DNA of 64,000 bases from positions 1-64,000 of the forward strand of contig CM074812.1 of the NCBI GenBank assembly GCA_037447605.1, read 5' to 3'. The DNA is from Zygnema circumcarinatum SAG 698-1b (taxonomy: Eukaryota; Plantae; Zygnematophyceae). Positions within the stretch are counted from its first letter, which is position 1. Every line of letters starts with the position of its first letter. Both the position numbers and the translations under genes were made by a program. This document shows, piece after piece, positions 54,401-64,000 of this stretch. The notes below the pieces were generated by a model. The model saw only the letters and a program-made list of their open reading frames with translations. It did not search any database and had not been told where the DNA came from.

Positions 54401-54863
54401 ACACTGCTAACGTGTCTTATCAAACTAATCAAACAAAAGCTTTTGTCCAGAATCAACTCAACTAGGCTCGAAATTCTGCAGAGACTTCCGTCTAGTGCCC
54501 ATAAACCCAATTCTGCAATCTCCTGAATTTACAACAAATAATATTGGCCAAGCGTGCAAATGGAACACATGGTAAGCGACCCCAAAAAACCCTACAATCT
54601 TGACCTATATTCCATACGCAAATTAACCAGCAGCCTGGAAGCCTCAGCGCAGCCATCTACACAATCGCCAGTCGCACCTCTTGCGGAGGAATCTTGGATG
54701 CGTTGAGAGCGCAGTCCGAGAAGTCCTTTAACGCGGCAGTAATTGCGTGCAGACGCCCTTCGCTGCTCGCTGGCGGCCTGCTCAGAATGTGCGCGGCCCT
54801 TCGCCACGCCTCGGCGGCGGTCCCTCTCCTTCCGCGGCCCTCATCCTTGAGAGGAGTCGCCAT
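48412..54863 (-). CDS. Putative chimeric RNA-binding protein (~1290 aa): HEATR6-like N-terminal helical region + degenerate tandem KH (KHDC4/RIK-like) + four RRM-like repeats
   Basis: An in-frame splice path exists: 54863-54678, 54384-54274, ~53920-53752, ~53488-53241, ~53109-53074, ~53004-52937, ~52532-52270/52310, 51779-51460, 51316-51266, 50850-48412. No GC-rich promoter island lies between these exons. Domain calls rest on motif similarity (see findings). Confidence 0.7.
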
Positions 54864-55673
54864 GCGAATGCGCGGGCCGGCAGGCGGCTGCCACAGGCCC
54901 TCCCTCCCTCCCTCCGCTGCAAACTGTGCCTTCCGGGAAGGCCCTTCCCTCAATTCCTTCCCTCTCCCTCTCCCTCTCCCTCCCTCGCCCGTCCGTACGC
55001 TCTGTTCCGTACGGGTGTCGTACGGCAGTCCCTTCAAGGGGGCACTGCGGAGGGCCGGCTCGTGTTGGCGACGGCGGCCTTCGCGGAGGGCTGTGAGCGC
55101 GGGCGGACTTGGGTGGGGAGGGAGGGAGGGCGGGAGGGAGGCCCTCCCTCGACTCTTAAATCAGGCTCGTGTGAGGCTGTCTGTCCGGGGGGGGTGAGGG
55201 AGGGCATTGCACCGACATTGGGAATTGTCGCTCTGCTCATGCATGCATTCATCCATCTCATACAGAGAGGCGCGATTTGGCACAACGGAGGGGTGCCCGA
55301 AAACACAAGAGCAAAGTGTCTTATTCAGAAGGGTACAAAGGCTGAAAGTGCCATTTGGAAGCCCCCGTGAACGAAGGCCTTTAAAGAGGAAGCCGGCCAG
55401 GTCACGGAGCGCTCTGGAAAAGATTTACACTTGCACGCGCTCCCCCGGCCAAGGCCCTCCCTCTGTGCTCACTGCCTGGGAGGCTCCGTCCAAAATTCCG
55501 CTTTCTCAAAAGGTGCTCACTCCATCTGGCCGCCGAACTCCGTGCTCGCAGTCCCCGCCCTGCCTGGGGTGCTGCGGGTCCTCACCCTGCGCTTGGGTGT
55601 GCCCCACTGCGGCACATTTGTGAACGTCGTTAAGGACAGTCTGTGGGTGCTTCAGACGGTTGGTTCATCGCGT

Positions 55674-58600
55674 TCAGTAGCCGTAGGTGTTGGGATACGA
55701 CGTCTCGGGATTGGAGCTGTAGAGGGAGGCCCGCTGGTAGTAGAGCTCCGCGGGGTCGTAGGAGGGCGAGGCGGGCTGCGCGGGGGGGGCGTACTGCGAC
55801 GCGCCGCTCCCGTAGCTCCCGTACGGATCAGCGGAGTATGCCGCCGAGCTCCCTGGGCCGGAGGCTCCGGCTGCCGCCGCGCCTGCCTGATAGCCGCTCT
55901 GCCCAGCCATGAAGCTCTGCAGGACCATAGACAGTAATGGAGACAAACAATCAGCCACGTGGGAAACATATAGGACTACGATACCCAGTTTGTTCTGCGA
56001 TGACTTGCCGACAGGAGTTTGGCAGCATGACTCCAGTCAGCCACTACCATAAATCTACTACACGCTGAAAAGGACAGTATGAAGACCCAACGAGGCCCTA
56101 ACGACAACGATAGCCATGCAGAACAAGCTTTCAAGTTCCGCATTACGGCAATCTCATAATAAAACGTGACGGCCTGCATACACGAGTGCTACACAACTTA
56201 ATTTTCCTCAAAGCCACACGTCCCGTAAGCTTCAGAAGAACGGAGACACGGACCACGATCACGCATAACTAAGTGAGGTGCAGGGGCTTTATAGCGGAAG
56301 CCATTTTTGCGCTCACCTGTAAAAGCTGCTCTGCCGTTTGCACCTGGTGAGTCGTGCCCCTTATTTCCACCGACATCTCCAAAGAACCTGACGAGCTGCG
56401 GGTTTCTTGGACAGAAACTGTGGCACCACTAGTGCGCCGCAAATACAGAATGTTTGAGCCACCCACACCGATAATAGCGTCTGCATAGGAAATGGGTACT
56501 TGCATGCAGGCTGTCACCTGCATCCAAATATACCCAACCAACATTTACGAAAAACACAACGTCATCACAAGGGAAAGCCCAAAAGCAAGATTGTCGCAGC
56601 TGGTCCTCCAAAAACTCTCAGGGATGCCATTTTTTATGCATTGAACATATTTAATGCTTATTCCCAACTACAGTCTCAATGTAGCTGCTGAGCCTAGCAA
56701 CAGATTTTCCCATGAACGTTTTACAGTCTTATACCTCCATATTTCCTGGCAAAACAAAGAAAGCAAGGCCAACACCTGAGCTAAACAAAACCGACAACAA
56801 TTCTCTGGCGAGTCTCAAATGTATTGACTAGATTGCAAAGAAAACTATTCCAGCTGATGAGTTTCTGAAGGCTCACCTCCTTGATGGACACCACAGGCGC
56901 AGCTACAGGAGGTGCCTGCTGCACGGGTGAGGGCCGACTCAGTGCTGGGTCCCGTCCGTACAACGAAACAGCGTTGCGCTGACCTGCCAAGTCTGCCAAA
57001 ACTGCTGCAGTGGAAGCTGAGTAAGACCCTGGAGGAGGAGTGGCACTTCCACCATATGGGTAATCTTGTGCAAGTGGGGAAGCAGCTGGAGGTGGATAAC
57101 TTCTTTGTGCAGATTGAGCAGAAAGGGGTGGAGCACCCCAGTTGCCCATTGATGAAGTGTAGTCAGGAGAAAGTCCCCTGGGAGGTCCTTGCAACTGTGC
57201 TCGGGCTCCAGCCTACAGGATAAGCTCGAAGGTATAACATCAGCTTACCATGGACGAGTGCAAGGAAGATGCGATGCAATAGGCTGGAAAAACAACCTCG
57301 AGAACAGCCTTGCCTCAGCAGTTCTTCCATCAAGCTTTCACTGCTTGTATGCCAGTCCTAGTATTCACTTTCCAAACTCGTAGCAGAACTATCAGGCAAT
57401 GCACGTGCATAGTTTGACACATGTTAACCAACCAAAGTGCATCCTAGGTACAGGACTGGTTCCAAGTCCCGAAACAACTTACAGGTCTCTCAAAAAGGGG
57501 AACGACTGAGCGGTCGACCAAAAATCGGCGTAAGTGTGAAAGAATGAGCTCCAAGCCCTTGTAGACACTTCGAACGGGTCCACTGACTTCCACCACCCGG
57601 TCTTCCTCCAAGGCAAACATCGGAAGGTCGTCTGCAACACATTAAAACCCTGGCCAGACATCAAGGGCCAGCCAGTCACCTGATCAACTTCAAGCTGTTA
57701 TCGTAACAGCAAAATCGACAATAGGTGAATAACACCCGCTAGGCAACCCCAATTGACACCCACTTCACTTATCCATATCGGAATCTTATAGAATATCTGT
57801 GAAGCAGGTCTGCTGTATGCATGCCCTGAAGAGTATAGAAAGTTTTAATCCATCCAGAATGCATTTTAATACCCTTGCACGCATCAGAAGCGAAATTTTT
57901 AAAAGGCATTAGGTTCATCTGCAGTAAGACGTTCCATATCTGATGTTTATATCACATTCCATATCTGATGTTCAGATTTAGGATCTGCCAACATAGCTTT
58001 GAGCAATTTTTTTTTGTAAGAAATGGCAGAGACTTTACAGTTCTAGTCTCGTGCAAAGGTTGATTTAACTTCTCTGTCTAATTCCTTTGGTTAGGAAGTT
58101 TCCAAACGTTTCAAACGAGCACTTCGAAAGCTAAGCATTCATGCTCTTAAAAAGAAAAACAACAATTTTGCATCGAGAAAGGTCATGCAGGTGTGCGCAT
58201 ACCCTCTGGTAAGACACGAACATTTGCCCCAGACCCATCTTGAATATTTCTGATTGTCGTTCCTTGCCGGCCTATCAAGCTCCCTGCTTGTGAGGCTGGC
58301 ACCAAAAGACGGGCTGTGATGGTTCCAACCAAAACCTCGGGTGGCGGAGGGGCTTTCCCATCCACCTCTGGACCTTCAACAACTTGCCGATGCACTCTCA
58401 AAAGCCCCTCAACAGCAGGAGGAACGTCGGCGTCAGGCTCTTCTTTTGAAGACACCAACACCTGCACCAAACAACCGACTAAGAAGTGTTTCTGTCTGTG
58501 TTGAAGTACAACTACAGTGCCTGAACTAAAACTTTATTTGATTCCCAATGTAAAGTTCAATAGAAGACACTAGCCAAACTCGTGCCCGAAAAACACCTCC

Positions 58601-59316
58601 TAATGCTCCAATAAAAAAACGAAGTTGAATTGGTCGTGACTTTTAAGGCTTTAACTAGTTTCAAGAAGTGGAAATGACAGTAGAGAGAAGGGAAGAGGAA
58701 AGCTTTCTAAAATTGCAAAAAAATCTTTAAGGTCTCGTCCGACAGGCGTCTTCTCCAGGCCTTGGACGTCCCGTGTGCCAACTTTCTCCATTTCCCTCTC
58801 GTGTTCCAATTCTTATCTCCTTTCCCCTCCAGCCCCTCTCGCTTCCCTGCTCCTCTCTCCTCTCGCACTTTTAAACTGAAAGCTACGTACCACTCGTTCG
58901 TCTGCGCCCGGGACGCCCTCCACGATCTTGATTCTCGACCGCGTCTCTTCACACATCTTCTTCACGAACTCGCCCCTCCTCCCAATTATGCTTCCCACCT
59001 TGTGCATTGGCACTATGAGCCGGAACACGCTCTCCCCGGGCCATCCCGGCCACTTCCGCGCGCCAGAGCCCGGACTGGAGTCGCTGTCCTCCAGCGGCCG
59101 CTTCTGCCCGCCGCCTCCTTCCGGCGGCTCAGTCGACAGCCCCGGCACGGGCGTCGTGTTCCCTGAGCCTGACAGCTGTCCTGCGCCAACTTCCGAGTTG
59201 GGGCCATCTATGGCATCCTCCTCAAAGCTCTCCATGAGAGGAACCTCTGCGGGGGGAGGGATGGAGAGAGGCATGGGGAGAGGCATGGCGAGGCCCTCGT
59301 CGCCCTCGGCCGCCAT
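55674..59316 (-). CDS. FLK: FLK/PEPPER-family triple-KH RNA-binding protein; 6 exons
   Basis: [42 protein letters not shown] (KH1); [33 protein letters not shown] (KH2); [12 protein letters not shown]; [28 protein letters not shown] (KH3); ends ...YPNTYGY*. FLK versus PEP orthology is not resolved. Confidence 0.93.
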
Positions 59317-60336
59317 GGCTGCGAGCGGGCGAGCGGGCGGGCGGGCGAGAGATGCCTTGCGCGGGCGAGCGCGGGAGGGAGAGGGAGCGCGGAGCGCGGA
59401 GCGCGGCGAGAGGCCGTCGGATGCGGCATCGGACGGCTTGGCGCTGCAGCAGCAGGGGTTGTATCGACTACGGTATCGATAAAAATATCGTATCGGATGG
59501 CGAGTCGGACCACCACTTTTTGGGGCAACGGGGCTGGAGACTTTCAAAAAAACGAAACGAAAAAAAAAGGAGACACGAGCAAAGTGCACGCAATAATGCC
59601 ATCCAACTCCGATGCTTTGCAAAACGCAAAAATTAAGGGGCCCATCATACAGGCCCAAGATCTCTAGATCCATTTCTGGCTCTGCCGCTGCCATGGGGTA
59701 CCCCCTGCAACACATCGGCACCACCCTCCCTCTTGCCCGCCGGAGGGACCCCCAAGCACGCCATGGCCGCAAGCATCTCGCACAGCCCCTACTCGCACAG
59801 CGCATTATCTCATTCATCTCACGGCCGCTACTGGGTTTCCAATGCGGACGCGGAGGTAGAGCCTGAGGGGGGCGCAGAGGTGGCCTCAACATTCCTCCTT
59901 AGGCCGCCTGTAGGGCTGCCCGCCATGTCGTCTGCATCCTTGCAATTCAACAACTTGGCCACCTTCTGCACGCCCCCTCCAGTACCACCCTACGGATGGG
60001 CGCATGCAAACGTGGTGTCTGCACCCCGCTTGGCCTGGCTGCTGGCTACAGCCGCCCGGCCCCTCTACTAGCTTGACAACAACAACATGGAGGTACATGT
60101 GATCACTGCGACGAGATTGGCACAACAGTGAGGAAGGAAGGAAGGCCCTCCGCCGCATCGCCACAGATCATGTGCGAGCGCTTTCCAAGGGTTAGGGCCG
60201 TCCTTGCAGTTAGCTAAGAACGGCGTTGTCGCAGGAACAAATTCAGATACAAGGGCATAATTTTGAATTCAGAGAGGATAATACACTCGAGGGACCCTAT
60301 GGAAGGAGAGGTTTGAGGTCTTGCAGGAGCGTCCTA

Positions 60337-63300
60337 TTACACCTCACGAGGGACAGTAGGGCCTTCATTCAAACAAGTGAGCCTTGAAGGCCAGGTAAGA
60401 GAAACTGCTCTGCCCACCTCCACGACAGGAATCTTCATAACCACAATGTCGTCATTCTCCCCTAGCGCCGCAACATGCAGAAATGTTGCTGCCAACTGTT
60501 ACCTCCACAAGGACAACCAAAAAAAACTAGTTAGGAGCATGTAGAGCTTTAACAGTTCAATGCACATTGGGCCATCGAGTTTCTGAATGACAGTCGCTTC
60601 CAAAACCATTATCAGCACCGTGAATTCAGCGACTACCTTTGTCCATTTTTATATTTGTGTCGACCCATTTACGGGACCACATCCTACCTGGTATGATAAC
60701 TCCGCTTTATGTTTGAAGTCTCCCGGCCTCTCTCCCTCCTCGGACTCCACCGCATCCAGCGCCATTGCCAGACCTCCCACCACGTCGCAGTAGCTGCTCC
60801 CATAGTCTGCCGCCCCCCCACAACAGAACAAAACACTTGAGAGAGGGGGAGCCGTACAGCATCTCTTCAGCCTGTGCAGAGGGAAGGCAGGCTGAAAGCA
60901 GCTTTCACGAGTGCAGTGCCTGCCTGCTCGTGCAGAGGGGACTGCCAGAGCAGCCGCTGCGTGAATGCGGATCTTGAAGTTGGTAGAGCCGCTCAGGAGA
61001 GAGTTGAGTGTGCAGAGGAGTGACTGAGCCCTGCATCAAGTGGACATGATGGATAAGTAACGACAAAGAAAACGTCCTTTGCAGAGAAGCCAGCTACATG
61101 TGATGTGGATTTGAAATCCATCTCGGCTAGTCCAGAATCAAATATGAGCCACGAATGATGAGCATCCAAGACAAGCAATCGAATTAAGAGTGGCTGCAGT
61201 GGACCAACCACGGACGTGAGGCAAGAGCCACCGACGGATTACGGAACAGGCTTGCTGCAGCATAGCACACGTTCCACTGCACCTGCATTTCAGGCAACCC
61301 TCACACCCTCTACGAACCGCTAAGTCTCCCATGTACTTACTGCTAAACGGCGAGTAGACTCTGCTCTGTGGCTCACATTCACATGGTCGATTGTGCTGGT
61401 CGAAATGAATGAATAGACGCAGCCTTTACGGGTGCATGCAAAGAACCAACTTCACCTAAGTGCTCCATGCGAATGTAAGACCCTTCACAATATGAAGGAA
61501 GACGAACACTGATTCAGCTGGCAATCGAAGAATGTCGCTACGACGGGTTTCCTGCCCCTAAGGGCGGGGCATACCTTGGCGTTACCTGTTGACGCGGAAG
61601 CCACGAGAGTGACTACCACCTTTTCCAGCCATGGGAAGTTCTGTGCAGCTCTGACGTCATCCTCTGCGACAAACGCGGCAAAACGCGACAAGTTGCCAAG
61701 TGCCCGCACTGCATTGGCTCGAACCTGCAGTCCAATCTCCACCTCAGTAAAAGCTCGGCAAAGCCAAATGCTCAAATGCACATCATAAGAAACATGTCGT
61801 AATCTGGAAGCAGAAAATCGAATTTGAAATCTATGAGTTTTACGTCGGTTTTAGAACTTTATAGAAAGGGTGACACTAGTGTCTCTCTCATTGTGCCATT
61901 GCCTGGTTGTAAGCAGTTTGAAGGTAGATTGGGTTCAAACAATGTGGACTCTTCGTGTAAACCTGCTTGTACGGAATTGCTTGTACATCAACATTACTCG
62001 GTCAATGGGCCAACTTTTCCAGCACAGACAGGAGCATACAAAAGGTTCACAATTAGCCATTTTGCCATCACCACTTGCTCACGCAAGTGCATATGAAGAT
62101 GAAGACCTCCGAGATACAACCATGCCAACAAATAGTGAGGTGAGGCTGAGGCTTTGAAAGACCTGCAACAACATACCTTATCCACATCTGCTGCAGCTTC
62201 AATCGCACTCTCTGCCACAGGGGCCAGTGCTTCTTCTGCGCACCACATACCCCTCAAAAAGTCCATTTGTGCTTCCATTTTTCAGCAATACGTGTCATGC
62301 CCTCCTTCCTTTCACCTTCCCTCCCCTCTCCATCCCTTCAGCTGTCCCACTTCTCTCTATTCCATTAGCTCTGTCATTCCCCAGCATGCAGTCTGGCTAG
62401 AACGCATCCTTGATGTGAGACCATGTATGTATGTGAGGGCCCACCCGACGCATCCATGGCGGTCTCTGCCTCAGCGAAGCAGCGCAGCGCGTTGCAGAGG
62501 TTGGCCACCGCCCGCGCCGCCGCTATCCGGACCTGCACCACCGCCCGGTCCTGAGGTCAGCTTCCCGCAATGGATCACCTTCAGAAACTTCCCAGAACAG
62601 AATCTGTCCAACATGCAGATTGACGAAGAAGTATCGAATGCAACTCCTCTAAACTCATTTGGGAGAAGTTTTGATTTACTCGGGATTTCTTTTTGGTTCT
62701 TAGCATTGGATTGTCAGGAGAGAAAAGCCAGTTTTACAGATTTTAGTGATTCTGCTTAGTGGAGACACGACCATGTTCGAGTGAAGCGTCGAGTAAACAA
62801 GAGTACAGGATAAAGCTGCCTTCATGCCCTTTGTGAAAACTTAAGGTTCACCGGACGACTGACTGGGGGTCCAACAGGCCTCAGAGAAGATGGTTGAGAT
62901 GTGTTAGCCATACCGAGAGTGCTGAATCTCTTTGTGCTACCACAGTTGCCCTCATCACAGAAGGTACGTGCTCAAAGCTGCGATTGCCAAACCCACGCAG
63001 GTGAATGAATCAGGTAAGCATCTCGCCAAAAACATCACCAATGAGTAATAGTTCCAATCGCCAAACAGGTGACTTATTTAGGCGGTACATCACGTCAAAA
63101 GGCTAGTGAGTTAGCTTTTTCCTCCCCTTCAAGCATTGCCAAAGCACCTAGCAGTACTCTGCAGGTCTGAACAAAGGCCCTGCCGACCTTTTCAACAGAA
63201 AGTAACGCACATCTCGACGGCTTTTGCAGAAGTTCTGCATCTCATAGGACAGACACTGCATCATCTTCTTCTAAATAAGTTCGCCTTGCCTTCTTTCGAT

Positions 63301-63932
63301 CACTTTGTAACAGTGCATTTTCAGGAGGCACTTCTGTCCTATCCACTTATCAATTCGGATATCTGTTTCACTCCTTTGTCCTGCAGGCTCCGCCTTTTCA
63401 CGTAGTGAAATATTTGCAATTGCATTCACCCCTGATGCAATGAAATAGGCGCATTAAATAGCGGAAGAACAGGAAGCTATGGGCCAACCTTTCTGTTGTT
63501 GGGAGAAAGTCAGCTATACATCCGAGAGCTCGGCAGGCAACGCATCGCACTGCAGAGCTTTCATCGCGCACTGCAGCATCACACTGCGACGAAGAGTGGA
63601 GTCAACACCGCTTCTTATTTCTTACAGCAAGCACTCTTGCTCAAAGGGTTTCGATACAAGGGTGCACGCAAGAGTACAAGGAATTGCGTAAAAGCAATGA
63701 GGAAGGCCAATGGAGCCCTTTCCTGGTGTGTCCTCTATGACAGCAGCCAATCTGGCCAGTTTGCAAGCAGAAACAGACATGAATCTGTCATGTTTTGCGT
63801 CGTATCATGCAGTTTCTGTGGGTGTGAACCTACAAGTTGATCGATTACATGCCGTTGCTGCTCATGCGGCAGAGCAGCGAATACGGCAGGAGTGAAGCCT
63901 GAAAAACAGTTCAAAGCAGCTCCTCGCACCTG
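60337..63932 (-). CDS. HEATR6: HEAT repeat-containing protein 6-like, 3' exons only (5' part lies beyond the window; exact 3' end uncertain)
   Basis: VRGAALNCFSG; AVRDESSAVRCVACRALG; VRIAAARAVANLCNAL; DKVRANAVRALGNLSRF; WLEKVV.TLV...STGNAKVQWNVCYA; STNFKIRIHAAAALAVP; YGSSY.DVV; FKHK.EL..QL..TFLH. These match recalled HEATR6 and plant ARM-repeat homologue C-termini. Confidence 0.88.
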
Positions 63933-64000
63933 CACCGTAGCCAGGTCCGCCTCTGAAAGCTCTGTTACCCTTAGGGTTAGATCGTACGTACTGAAGGAAT

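Noticed and set aside
59317-59892. 359-aa ORF extending FLK upstream to 59892
   Set aside because: It starts at a non-ATG codon and crosses AT-rich intergenic sequence. Homology and Kozak context point to ATG 59316.

Overview
Eukaryotic, intron-rich, gene-dense genomic DNA. The closest recognisable homologues are green-plant types (GET3a C-terminal coil, p24beta3 ...RKLGQSRV tail, FLK/PEPPER WPGWPG motif, plant TPR family, SPPL1), so I infer a streptophyte, probably a streptophyte alga. I reconstructed eleven protein-coding genes by hand from GT/GC-AG splice sites: an intron-containing NRPS (half-C/A/T/C, 1482 aa); a carboxypeptidase Q (M28) gene head-to-head with it; an orphan; a TPR protein; GET3/ASNA1; PRP28/DDX23; a DUF1640 (CCDC90/FMP32-like) protein; a signal peptide peptidase-like protease; p24beta; an apparently chimeric HEATR6-N/KHDC4-like 2xKH/4xRRM gene; and FLK/PEP. 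The 3' half of a twelfth, HEATR6-like gene runs off the window. The GET3-PRP28 intergenic region holds a nested transposon stack: a hAT derivative with an 8-bp TSD, two sister MITEs that interrupt its transposase remnant, and a 1-kb foldback element. One CPQ intron carries about 2.4 kb of (CT)n. The top leads are the plant-lineage NRPS with its peptidase partner and the chimeric RNA-binding protein. All homology calls come from motif recognition and recalled family sequences, not database searches. No rRNA, tRNA or CRISPR array was found.
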